In this document: positions 13,423 through 25,811 of the stretch, piece after piece
Numbering within the stretch: the stretch's first letter is position 1
Layout: each line of letters begins with the position of its first letter
Notes under the pieces: model-generated
The model's database searches: none
What the model was told of the DNA's origin: nothing
The model's input: the letters and a program-made list of their open reading frames with translations, nothing else
Program-made: the position numbers and the translations under genes
NCBI RefSeq assembly: GCF_008831285.2
Contig: NC_045138.2
Location: 992,001 to 1,056,000 of the forward strand
Direction: 5' to 3'
DNA from: Nymphaea colorata
Lineage: Eukaryota
DNA length: 64,000 nt

Positions 13423-15252
13423 TTGTAGTGCGATTTCTGAGGTACTGTTTTTATTTATTAGTCTTTTCCCTGGAAAAACACCAAAGAAAGACTTCAAGTG
13501 AGTGGATTGAATTGGTCACATGGATTGTTATGTTTAATTATGGTGCTCAAGGTCCCTTACGTGTCTAATAAGATGGGATAGGACCAGGAGCCCCTCTCCC
13601 AGCAGAGTTGCACCAGGGCTAGGTTCCTGGCGTGTCTTGTCATTACGAGATTGATGCCAGGATGATTACCTACCTGCATGCCATTAGTCAATTGGGTGGC
13701 TTATGTCAGCATGTCCAAACATAGTGAGCTTGTGTCTTGTTTGAACGCTATTTTTAAATGCACACTTAGTGCAAAGAACAATATTGCATGATTGTGGTTT
13801 ACTAGTTCACTTCACAGACCTGATTTAAGATAGCTTTTAGAAATAGATTTTAGTCGGACAGCTGGTGAATGGGCCTCAAGTGCAAGTAAACAGAGTGTAA
13901 TGTTTATTTACCTTTCTAGATCAATTTAGGTCCTCATATAAATAATTGAAAAATCATTTGTTACATGAGAAGACTGGTTACTAACTTACTGCCTGACCTA
14001 TTCATGACCTAGCTTCAGCTTGTGTGTCAGGCTGAATTCTGTTCGGCAATTCAGTTAGTCATGAATAAAGCACGAGCAATGCTGGCTGATCCTTGTGTAA
14101 CCAGTGTTATTCTTTCTTGTATTGTTCAAAAGAGGGTAAGACTTCTTCCTATTTATAACTCTCTTACTGGTGATCCAGCGAAAGTGCTTGGGTTATGGTG
14201 ACCTTAATTCAAGCACAGATCATCCTTTCAGTGTGGTGATTCAAGAAACCTGCTAGGCATTTGGTTTTGCTCAACCAGAAACTGTTTCTGCTCTTGAAAG
14301 TATCATACTTTTTCATATGAAAGATCGTCTGATGCTTCTGCTCCAAAATATCACACTTTTTCACATGAATACTTGACTAACTCGTCTCATGCTTCTCTTC
14401 CATTCTTCAGGTGCAGCATGTCATTTTTAACGCTTGACAAACAGTCCTGCAGAACTAAATGAACATTATCAAATCTCAGGTGGAAAGCAATTTTTTCCCT
14501 CCAGCTAGATGATTCTCTGAGCTTGGCCTGGAAACGGGAGATACCATAATACATTAAAGTGCATCAGATGTACGGGAAAGACATGGAGCTTTTCAAGAAA
14601 GCAGCAAGACTTCTGATCTTACATGCAAAAGCGAGCCAAGGGTGAGTTCAACCGCACAGTGAAGATGGTCATGAGATTGAGCATCTCCATGGCAATGGTG
14701 TCTTAAAAGCAGTGTCTGGAGGCGGATAGTGAGTGCGTGGTGCAAATTTTTAGTGGGGCTTGCATCATGTGTGGAAGAGCTGGTCAAGTACCAGGGATTT
14801 TGTAGGCAGGAAAATAAAATTGGGGTTATAGGGACTGCACGTGATACGCTTCTATATTGTAGAACCATACATTCCAAAAGGATGCAATTTTGTAACATAG
14901 TTTTGCCGTGTAACTTCCCTGTTCATGTCTCAACTCCTTAGGTTGGTAGCCTTCCGAACCATATGAGCACTGGAAGGAAAACAAAAAAAATACTGAAGCC
15001 GCAGACCTTGTTTGGTTAAGAAGTCTGCGGGATCGGACCGACTATTTGACACCTCTCTCTCTCTCTCTCTCTCTCTGCGCTCTCACTCTGAGCTCATGCC
15101 TTCATCTCACATATTTGGTATCTGCTCAGAGATCTTCAGGCACCGACCGAAGCTCCATCATGTCAAAAACCACAAGGATTTTCTAGCCTGGACAGGTCAA
15201 GCGCGGTGTTGTTTGCACTGCATTAAGGTTTGGTATTTTTAGATTTCAAAAG

Positions 15253-15539
15253 CATTATCACAATTATTGCTTTGGAAAAGATATTGACAAAGTTTTTCTT
15301 GGCTATTTTCGGTGAAGTTCTTATAAGGAAAATTTTGGGAAAAAGCTTGGCAAATTTTTTAAAAATAAGAATCATAAAAATAGAAAAAATAAAACAAATG
15401 AGAAACTAATAAAAAGGTGAACATAAAAAGAAAGAAAATGCAAAATATTCGTTTTTGCCGAGGTTTTCAAAATCTGAGGAGATTTTCTTGATATTTTTCT
15501 TTTACCTGAGGCGAAAATCTTTCAATATTTGTGGCAATG
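15253..15539. mobile_element. hAT-type MITE with perfect 8-bp TSD
   Basis: TIR CATTATCACAA / TTGTGGCAATG; TSD TTCAAAAG at 15245-15252 and 15540-15547. Confidence 0.85.
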
Positions 15540-16418
15540 TTCAAAAGTGAGGCGGAGGGGATAGAATCCACCATTCCTTCACAACTACATAGTTGCCTGC
15601 TCACCTGCATTGTTTAAGTGATATTGAATCTCTGAGGTGAGTCTCGTTACATGTAGATGGACTGCCTACTCAGGTGGCAGGAAAACAAAGATGGCAGTGG
15701 ATTTGTCCAAAATGTTCATAGTTGAAAATCACCTACTCCACTCTTCTTCCTTCTCATTTATCAAGTTCATGCTCTCAAATAAATCTGATAGGCGATGTGA
15801 TAGGCGGTGGACGTCAAGTAATAACTAAAATCCAGTCAGAATTTCAGCTCCACAGTCATTATGGTTTCAACAGTCTTTAATATGCCTAATGTGATGGATT
15901 CTCTTCCATATTTGTGGGTTCAAAGCTATTGTCATGGCAGATACGGGTTACTGCAGATGTTCAGCTGACCGGGAGTGAGCATGTGCTAGCTGCTCATACG
16001 AACAAGGGAAACTATTTAGTTTTGGTTCTACTTTTTCTAAGAAAGGAATCACTTTTTATAAATTTCTAACAAGGGCAATATTCACATATAAACATTGTCC
16101 AATAAGGGCTCGAAGTCGAAGTAAACTTCTATTAACCAGAAAAACTAAAACAGTCAACTAGAATGGTAAGAAATTAATTAGTAGTAGAGAGTAGTATTGA
16201 AAAAAATTACACCCAATCTTCCCCATTTCTCCAGTTGATGAAGATTCACTTTAAGCCCTTATTTGACAGATTCCATGAACATTGTGACCATAATTAGAAA
16301 AACCACAAAGTGTGGTCCTTTGTGAAATCAAAGGTGAGATGGGCCCCAAAATGCCAATTTTTCATAAATACCAGGTGAAAACATATTCACTCTCAGTATC
16401 AACAAATGCCCGGATTAC

Positions 16419-18302
16419 TTAAGCTTCCTGTAAACTTGTGGAATGAAGTTGGGTCCCCGCAACATTGTTGCTCCTACATTGCACATATCCTTCAATTTGC
16501 AATAGTTGATTCAACCCATCAAGAGTTTCATAGATCTGCCTTCTATTCTGATGCTGCAAGTCTGAAACCAGAAATTCATGAACAATGCCATCCACTTCAA
16601 TGGAGCTGCATCCAGGAACCTTCTCTATATCACGCTCTCTCATCATCGCTCGAATTTGCAGCACATCATCCCAATCTCCAATCGACGCATAAACGTTGGA
16701 CATAAGCACCTGGTATGCAGGATTCAAGTGCTCCAACTTCAGGATTTCCTGTTCTGCAATTTCTGCTACTCTGGAATTCCTATGGAGTTTACAGGATCCA
16801 AGCAATGTGGCCCAGATTACGACATTGGCCTTCATGGGCATGTTCATAATGAATCCTAGTGCCTCCTCTAGCTTTCCTGCTCTGCTCAAAAGGTCAACTA
16901 TGCAGCCATAATGCTCAATTCTAGGATTCAGATGAAAATCTCTCTCCATGGATTGAAAGTATCGAAGACCATCATCAATGGAGCCTGCATGGGTACATGC
17001 TGAAAGAACAGCAATGAAGATCACATCATCCGGTTCTGTTCCCTCCTTGCACATTCTGTCAAAGAGTGCAAGAGCTTCTCTACTATGTCCATTGAAGGCC
17101 AGGCCTGAAACCATGGATGTCCAAGTGATGATACATTTCTGAGTCATTTCCCTAAAAACTCTACGCGCACTGTGGATGTCACCACACTTCGCATACATAT
17201 CCAATAGTGCATTACCAACAGCCAAACTCATCTCAGATCTAGTTCTGTCAATATAAGAATTTATCCACCTTCCAAGATTCAAAGCACCTATCTGGGCACA
17301 TGCTGTAAGAGCACTTGTGACTGTCACCTCGTCTGGTTGGAGTTCGGTTACCAGCATTTGTTGAAACAAGCTCAATGCTTCATTATATCGACTGTTGTGG
17401 GCATAACCACTGATCATTGCGTTCCATGAAACCACATTTTTCTCTGGCACCTGATCAAATAGCAGACGTGCAGAGAACATGTCGCCGGATTGTGCATAAC
17501 CCGAGACCATAGATGTCCAAGATACAATACTCTTTACAGGCATTTTTTCGAAAATGTTTTGTGCCGTTTGCATGTCACGAAGCTGGATATACCCTGCAAC
17601 CATCGAATTCCACGTAACAACATTTCTTTCAGGCATCTGATTAAAAAATGTCTGTGCCTGTTCAATCTTTCCAAGCTTCATGTATCCCGCAATCATGGAG
17701 TTCCACGACACTACATTCTTCTCTGGCATAGAATGAAACAACTCCAGGGCTGTTTCAGCATCTTCGTGCGACATACATGCAGCAACCATCGAGTTCCAAG
17801 ACACAACATCTCGTTCAGCCATTTCATCAAACACTTTAAAAGATGCACCTACATCCCCGCACTTACAGTACAGATCGATAAGAGTGTTCTGCACAAAGAC
17901 ATTGCACTCGAAACCAGATTGAAATACATGGGTATGCATCATTTTGGCTTCGTTTAGATCCTCAAAAGCTTCCAGAGATTTCAGCAAGAAGGTGAAGGTA
18001 TAGCTGTTAGGAAAGGCACCAACGCCTCTCATATTATTGTACAGAAAAAGTGCATCCCTCTGATGATTGTGTTGGTTGCAGGCCTTGATCATACTGTTGT
18101 AGAGGAAAACATTTGGAGATGGTGCAATTTTGAAGACCAAGAGCGCATATTGGAATTGGTTCAACGTTGAGTAGAGGTGGATGAGTGAGCCCAGCAGAAG
18201 GTTGCTCCCTTGGAGGCCGTTCATGAAAATTTGTGCATGGGCCTGATGGACTTGTTTCTTGGAATTGCACTTCTTCAATATTTGAAAGATTCTGCTTTCC
18301 AT
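16419..18302 (-). CDS. PLS-class pentatricopeptide repeat protein, E+ subgroup (no DYW); candidate organellar RNA-editing factor
   Basis: Intronless ORF, first in-frame ATG at 18302 (MESR...). Repeated 'VVSWNSMIAGY' S motifs, LLDMYAKCG, IEHYGCIVDLL, PG box EKVPGCSSIEV, E+ tail; no HxE/CxxC deaminase motif. Confidence 0.93.
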   Translation of the reverse strand: MESRIFQILKKCNSKKQVHQAHAQIFMNGLQGSNLLLGSLIHLYSTLNQFQYALLVFKIAPSPNVFLYNSMIKACNQHNHQRDALFLYNNMRGVGAFPNSYTFTFLLKSLEAFEDLNEAKMMHTHVFQSGFECNVFVQNTLIDLYCKCGDVGASFKVFDEMAERDVVSWNSMVAACMSHEDAETALELFHSMPEKNVVSWNSMIAGYMKLGKIEQAQTFFNQMPERNVVTWNSMVAGYIQLRDMQTAQNIFEKMPVKSIVSWTSMVSGYAQSGDMFSARLLFDQVPEKNVVSWNAMISGYAHNSRYNEALSLFQQMLVTELQPDEVTVTSALTACAQIGALNLGRWINSYIDRTRSEMSLAVGNALLDMYAKCGDIHSARRVFREMTQKCIITWTSMVSGLAFNGHSREALALFDRMCKEGTEPDDVIFIAVLSACTHAGSIDDGLRYFQSMERDFHLNPRIEHYGCIVDLLSRAGKLEEALGFIMNMPMKANVVIWATLLGSCKLHRNSRVAEIAEQEILKLEHLNPAYQVLMSNVYASIGDWDDVLQIRAMMRERDIEKVPGCSSIEVDGIVHEFLVSDLQHQNRRQIYETLDGLNQLLQIEGYVQCRSNNVAGTQLHSTSLQEA

Positions 18303-19159
18303 TTCAATAAAGATCAGTAGGGCCACCGGTTTGGAAATCCTAGCATGGTTGCTATAGCATAGGGACCAAGAAGAGATTGAAGACCTTGTTGCCTGATAAA
18401 AGAACTATGTGAAAGGAGAGCTCAAGGTTCATGCCGAGCTACTAATCTCTGCATCTAGTGAGTTTTCTTTTACTATGGTGGTACCCAGTGAATAACCTAA
18501 ATGAGGACTGGTCCAGGTTACGGGTATCTGTTATCAGGATGTAGATGAAAATTTCATACAGAATACAGAGAAATTTCTGGACCAATGCCTCGCACTGCTC
18601 TGTCTTGGTGTCAGAGAGACGGAGAGAAATACTATGATGGTTTCTAAAAGAAAGTAAATAGGCAAAATGTTAAAATATTCAATGAAGTACAAGAAAATAA
18701 AAATTTAATTAAATGAGAACACTCTTGAGTTGGCCCCTGTGTTTAAGATTCAAAGCTGATCTAAGACTGATCGAAAATCTACCAAACGCCTCCCAAATTG
18801 GATCAATAAACTACTTATTTGTCATTAAAACAAAATCTCGTGAAAATAATCTACAAACGAGAAAATATTGGTATTTTGCGGGACATTTGACTTCTTTTCC
18901 CTCTTTAATCAACCATCGAAAAATATATAATATACGTAACCATGAAGAGGTAACAAAACGAGACCAAAGGTGCCGTCTACTTTTTTGTCATTTACCAAAC
19001 TTCCCTTCTGATTGGAAAATTTCCCTTGAGTCGGACGCAAGAGTCAATTTTGGACATGAAATGAGACGTAACCCGACCCATTTACCATTTCATGCCGTCA
19101 AAAGGAAGGAGGAAGAAGGTCGTTGAGAAGAGGAGGATTCTCTTTCTCGCGAACCTGCA

Positions 19160-22100
19160 ATGGCTGCATCCGTCTTGGTTATTCTTGCAAGTCTCTTTCT
19201 CGGCTTCGTGGTAGCGTTGTTTTGCTATATTTGTGCGATGGTGGTCGAGTCTAGGCGGAACAGGAAGCAGGTGGCGGCGGGGTTCTTTCACCCGTACACG
19301 AACGACGGTGGCGGGGGCGAGAAGGTGCTCTGGTGTGCTGTGAAGGCTGTCCAGGAGGAGTACCCCAATCTCGAATGCTTCATTTACACAGGCGACGATG
19401 CTACGCCGCAGAGCCTCTCTGCCCGCGCCGTCGATCGTTTCGGCGTCGAGCTTCTTCGCCCTCCTCAGGTAGTCTACGAATTTTCGCCTTCTGTTTTTTG
19501 TGGTATTAATTCATTGGATTATTTGACCAATAAAGTGCTGATTTTTCTTGGGATTTAGCAAAAAGACATTTAGTAATTCCAGCTATTTACGGATTTTCAT
19601 CATTGATTTCATAAAAAGAGCCTTTTCTGTTTCTTTTCCATCTATTTGGTGCTTTTCATGAAGAATGTCTAGAATGAACTTGATCTAGAGCGTCGATTGA
19701 AAATTTTTATCAACAAAAGGAAAACTCGTCCACCATCAATTTAATCTGATGCATCTTTTGACCTGTTTTGGGGACGGATAAAAGAAAAGGACCGAATCAC
19801 ATTCACCAGCAAAACATTGAAATTGAATAAACTTATTATGGTGGTTATTGAGGAGTTCGTACACTTCTCAAGTAGCATAGATTCTCTTAAAGTGGTATTA
19901 TAGAAAATTATCTTAATATAACGAATATCTTCATTTTGTTGTGCTTCTTTTGTGGAGAATATCTCCTTTTTTCATGTGAATGCTTTTTATTATGCTTAGT
20001 CCTGCAGAGAGTTGTGATGCAGTCAGAGCAGTAGTAGTAGCAGCAGCAATGATAGCACTAAAGTCTAAACCGATAATGAGTTCCTGGAAGCAGCATGAAA
20101 GTGGTTGTTCAAATTGTTTATAAAAAATTGCACATATATGAGTGGAGTATCACCAGAACTGGTCAAACATCATTTTTTCAGACTTTCAGTTCATAAATTT
20201 CTTTTTTTCCTATCATTTTTTACTTAGTTGAGCATCAGCATTCTTCAAGATTTCCAATTCAAACATAACTAAACGAATCACGGTAAAGATAGAGAAAAGA
20301 TTGTGCAGTTAATTTGGTTTTATTTATTTTCTGTTAAGAAGCAGTGCATTACCAATTTGTTATGTTTTGATGGTTAGGTAGTTCGCTTGAACAGACGGAA
20401 ATGGATTGAGGAAAGCACATATCCCCACTTCACCATGATTGGCCAGAGCCTTGGTTCAGTTTTTCTTTCATGGGAAGCCCTGAGGAAACTGACACCTAAA
20501 TTTTATTTTGACACAAGTGGCTATGCATTTACCTATCCACTTGCATGGTTGTTTGGTTGCAAAGTCCTTTGCTATACTCACTACCCCACCATCAGTTCTG
20601 ATATGGTTGCTCGTGTTCGTCAGCGCAACTCGATGTACAATAACAACAATCTAATTGCAGGAAGGTATCTTTCTGACTCAAATCAGTTGACTTATATAAT
20701 CCATTTTCTGAAATCAACTTGTGGTGAGATTCTTAATATGTGGATGGGGTGCACCGTTAGGCACTGGGACTTATGTTTACTTTTTATTAAGATAGAAGTT
20801 TGTTTTGTAATAATATGCTTCTGGTTATAATTCTTTCATTGGTAGCATAACATATAAACAATCCCTGTGGTTGTTTCAGTGTCTGGCTGTCCAAGGGGAA
20901 GATCATCTACTACATGATTTTAAGCTGGATGTATGGATTGGCTGGTTCGTGTGCACATGTAGCTATGGTGAACTCATCATGGACAAAAGCTCATATTGAT
21001 AAGCTCTGGAAAATTCCTGAACGTACTAAAAGGGTTTACCCACCTTGCAATACATCAACTCTTCAGGTGGAAAATCTGCCTTTCATCTTTGATTGACTTT
21101 CTTTTTACTTCCAGAAACAGGAGCACAACATTCATAATTAACATGCTTAGATTAATGGTTGATTGATAGTTTTTGTTGTTTTATTTGGATACTGACGGCA
21201 AGTTATTGTAGTGGATTCATGTGGGACATCCATATCAATTATGTGTAAAGCTTCAAATGGCTCAATATTTTGTCATTTTGTACTTTTCAGTGAAGTAGTG
21301 TCTAATATTTTGCTTTTAAGAAAAGGAAAACTAGCGTTTGTGTGACTGACAGCTTCTTGCAACTGTGGCCAAAGGTCTTCCAGAATTGTGGAATGCCAAC
21401 AAATTACCTACTCCTGTCTAAACGTATTGGTTTATCTGAATATCAGCAACTGCAAGTCTGCATACATAATGTCTCGCAGAATCATGGTGCTTGCCAAAAC
21501 CTGATCATCTTTTCTTGTCTCATGAATTAAGTGCTTGGCTAACTAGTTTTAATACATTTCCGATTCACAGCATGAAAAATTTGTGAAAATAATATCTCTG
21601 CACTGTAGACTGTTCCTGTGAAATGCTTATTTAGAAAAATATTTTTTATGTTCTTGTTGCTTGTTTTCCTTCTTTTCCAATTTGATTATAGTTTGATTCT
21701 GTACTGTCCAGACAGGCACTTTCATTGGAGAGGTCCACAAAACCCCCAAAATTTATATCTGTTGCTCAGTTTCGTCCGGAAAAGGTGAGTGGAGGAACTT
21801 TAAGAAATTATTGAATGTTTCAACCCGATTACTATGTACTTCATTATATTTTTGCTTCAAATGGATGCTATATTGTGTTCAGGCACATGCTCTCCAAATT
21901 GATGCATTTGCACTTGTCATCAAGAAACTACAAGCAGATGCACCAAGACCCAAGCTCCAATTTGTGGGTAGCTGCAGAAACAGCCAAGATAAGAAGAGAT
22001 TGTCCCAGTTGAAAGAGAAGTGTGCTCAATTAAATATCAAAGAAGATGTAGAGTTCTATGAAGATCTAAAGTACAGGTTTGCCTCCTACTGTTAGTTCCA

Positions 22101-22714
22101 AGTCCTTGGGCAAGAAATGTCTTCATGAATCTGAAATGCTTTTGCACTCAATATTTTGAGGTATTTTGTGTCCGGTACTATACTCAACTGCTGAAAAAAT
22201 GGTTAAGGGTCAATATTCGAAGAACATGCAGTGTGAATCAAAGGTACTTTGTCAATTCTTCTGACCTTACTAAGAGTTTATTTTAGGGACCTGGTGCTAC
22301 TTCTTGGTGGAGCTGTTTCAGGTTTGCACGCAATGATAGATGAGCATTTTGGCATATGCGTTGTTGAGTACATGGCAGCAGGTGCTGTCCCAATCGGTCA
22401 GTTACTGCATCCTTGTTACTTTAAAATCTAATTTCATGCTTTTGTTTTCCCAACCATCTTTCATGTTTATGCTCCCAGCTCATGATTCAGCTGGGCCTAG
22501 GATGGACATAGTTGTTGAAGAAGATGGACAGCAGACAGGATTTCTCGCCCATGACATTGAAGGATACGCAGATGCCATTGTCAATATCATGCAGATGTCT
22601 GATGCAGAGCGGCTGAATATTGCAGCAGCTGCAAGAAAGCGTGCTAGTAGGTTTTCTGAGGAAAGGTTTTATGAAGATTTTAAGGCTGCTGTACGTCCTG
22701 TTTTCTGTAACTAA
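19160..22714 (+). CDS. ALG11: GDP-Man:Man3GlcNAc2-PP-Dol alpha-1,2-mannosyltransferase (7 exons)
   Basis: Exons 19160-19468, 20378-20664, 20880-21066, 21716-21784, 21883-22076, 22287-22396, 22479-22714. Motifs [51 protein letters not shown] (GT4 EX7E); N-terminal transmembrane anchor. Confidence 0.95.
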
Positions 22715-22715
22715 G

Positions 22716-22799
22716 AATTTTTGGCTGCTCCTCTCTTTCCGCTAATCTATTGATCAAATTTTTGGCTGCTCCTCTCTTTCCGCTAATCTATTGATCAAA
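22716..22799. repeat. 41-bp tandem duplication just after the ALG11 stop
   Basis: aatttttggctgctcctctctttccgctaatctattgatca repeated at 22716 and 22757. Confidence 0.95.
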
Positions 22800-24089
22800 A
22801 GTTGGAATTTCTATATTCGTGTTGCATGAAGTTGCTGACCAAGATTGTAGTAGTGAGTTGCTTGTACTTGACATAAAGGTGTGATGATGGCAGGACTCAG
22901 ATGGGCTCTGTAATTTTCCAACAACGGAGGCCGTTGATGAGGCTTGAGTTGTATTATTTGATTAAGGCCATGTCCTGTTTATTATAAAGGATGTTAGATA
23001 TAATCAAGTTCATTATCTGCAGTGTGGAATTATTCCAAAAACCCAGTCAAACTACCCATGTTTACTTGCAACATTAGTTGGCACTCTTGGAAATCGATGG
23101 CTGTCATCATCAGTTACTGTATATTTTTGCCTGTATGCTTAAGCTGGAAATTTCTGGCATGGCTAGATGCTACACAACTTGGCCATCGTTCTTGTTTAGC
23201 TTGTAAAGAAGGCAGCGCAGTTTCTCCGAGGAGCTCCAGACATGACAATTGTCTTGTGCCTTCCGTAAGCTAGATAATAACCCTTTGTAGATGGAGAAAA
23301 ATGAAAATAAACAACAAAATCCCTCGAAAGAGAGGACTTGTTGGTACCCCTTCTCTGCCCACCTCGACGAAAGATCTACCATGGTGCATCAACGATTGGT
23401 TCTCAATCTGGAATTAACGAGGGCGTCCATTTTCATGTAACTGAAGAATGATCCCTGCCTTGGCTTCTCTGGCTTTCCTTGGTAGTGCCAAACTCATTGG
23501 AAGATTGCTGCAGTCTGCATTCGAGTTTTTTTAATGACTTCCGTAGGGCTAAGAAGTGAGTAGCCGACTGGTCAAAAAGTGGTGCACTTGTTTTTGCTCA
23601 ATGAAAGGCTCCAGCACCCAGGAGTTGCCCAAGTTAAACCAAGATCAAAAGGACTGAACGGTTAAGTGAATATACATGTCCTCTTATTCATATATTCCTC
23701 TTCTTGAAACTCCAGGGTTCATGTATGCCTGAGAATCTGATCTTTCACTGAAAGAGAAACCTCCTGATTTCTTTGGAGTGTATAACAGAATTTAGTGTTC
23801 TACTTATTTTTAATTTCTGCAGCTTCTAGGTTCGAATCGATTATGAAAGTTATTTTGCCCATGTGAACAGGCAGCGGAAGCCAAACATAAAGCAATAAAC
23901 TTTCGACTCGGCTCACATGACTACACTAAGAGCATTAATTTGACAAGTAACTTTCTGTGATCAAGTTAAGGCATAATATGATTGGTTTAAGCCAGAAAAG
24001 CAGGCTGATAATACATATGTCACAAGCCAAGTTTAAATGGACACTGATACCCAGATCAGATCCATTTAGACGTGTTTGGTAAAGAGAAT

Positions 24090-24367
24090 AACATCTACTT
24101 ATAGGTGAGTCAGGGTTATCCTATTACCTAGGTGAGAGCCAAAGCCCCCTCCTTTCCCTCACATTCAGGGTCTAGAGTTGTGTTGGTATAATGTGGCATG
24201 ATTTCTGTATGCTTCAACTTGTACATAGGACCCACCCCCCTTACGACACGAGCATAGCCCCTCGTGGGTTCACGCCCCTCGTGGGTTCAAGCCGCTCGTG
24301 GGTTCAAACTGGAGAAGAACCTCCAATGCACCCCAAGTCCACCTGTTTGAGCTATGCCGCTCAGGGC
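24090..24367 (-). mobile_element. Candidate tRNA-derived SINE
   Basis: Minus strand: GCCCTGAGCGGCATAGCTCAAACAGG (A-box-like), ~31 nt spacer, AGTTTGAACCC (B-box-like). No cloverleaf; 3' limit uncertain. Confidence 0.55.
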
Positions 24368-25029
24368 AAGAATAGTGTTGATTAGATCCAGTTCACAGTT
24401 TGCATTGACTCAAGATGAAAAAAAATTCTGACCTTTCTATCGCATTTTACAAAGTTTAACCGCGGAAAAACAGGATTTCTGTTTTAGAAAAGCCAAAAAC
24501 CAACAACCGATTAGCTCAGGTTGATCTTAGGGGAACCAGCTAGCTCTGGCTCTAGGTGGCATTCCACCTCTAACCACAACTCATCCAAAATACTGGGCCA
24601 GACTCAATTATTGTATCATTTGGTTAGTGGTAAGAGACCTGCCATGATGAGAACAGCATTTACCCAGCTAAGTGGGTCAGAAGCTGAAATTAAGGTCTTC
24701 AAGTTGAAAGGGGGATATTGTCCAGGGTACAACAAAGATGCAAACCAACTTCAATTATTTAATTCAGTTGCTCTTGGAATCTTGTTCATTTGATCTGAAT
24801 CCAAGCGCAATAGTCAGATTCAGGTTGAATATTCAAGAACTTCTGATCCTTTTGCTGTCCGGCTCAGATCTAGATCTGGTTAAGGTGTTCAAATCCATAC
24901 CAGGATCCCCCCAAAAATAGTAAATAAGATAGCTCCATACCAGAATTCTTAGAGAACAAGTATATCACCTAGACATACCCAATATCACTCTATTTCTGTC
25001 TGTTACACATCCACGTTTAAATTGGAATA

Positions 25030-25121
25030 TGGGAGAGATGTATCAATATATCCGATCACATATAGAAAAAAATTAATACCGATTAAGGATTCAAATTGTA
25101 ATTGACATCCGATCAGATTGT

Positions 25122-25217
<96 letters not shown>

Positions 25218-25471
25218 AATCAATTTGATTTAGATTCAGATTGAATTTAGTTTTTAATAAAATATTGTATATCTATTGCTCTTACATTTTGAAAGTCAAC
25301 TGGATTCAGTTTAAAATTCAGATTCAAATTCAAATATCGACTTTTAATCAGATTCAGATTGTGAAATCAGATTTTATATTTGGATTCATATACGACTTTT
25401 GTGTATTCACATTCGAATCTGAAATGAACATCTGGATACATCCAACTGAAATATAATCTATTGGCATCCTT
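25030..25471. mobile_element. Non-autonomous TIR element remnant (ATCCGA/GATTCA-rich family) with a (TA)n run at 25124-25213
   Basis: Same subterminal hexamers as the 53644-56524 element; ends ATTGGCATCCTTA, like that family's right TIR. Confidence 0.65.
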
Positions 25472-25811
25472 AATCTCATGAGCCGGCGAGCCTTTGATAC
25501 ACCGAAATATGCCATGAAATTTGTTTCAAAGTAAAGTGATTTTTTTTCAGAAAAAAAATAATCAACCCTCTCGAAGGCGACTCGGGGCGGGGGAGGGGGG
25601 AAGCGTACGACAGAAAGAATCCACCGTTCGATGGCTGGGCCGGCCAGCCGGAGATTGATTAGCACCAACAGACCAATTTTCCGTTGTGCTTGGTCAGGCC
25701 ATGGTGCAAAAAGATGTACAATGTAAACCAAGCTAAGATTCAAATTCAAGATCAAAGCACATGCCTTTGTTGAGTGGGAGTGCGAGTTCATGGATTACTG
25801 GTACGCGATAG

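Noticed and set aside
20665..20879. ALG11 intron 2 donor GTATCTTT as a U12-type intron
   Set aside because: Differs from GTATCCTT and there is no TCCTTAAC branch point near the acceptor.
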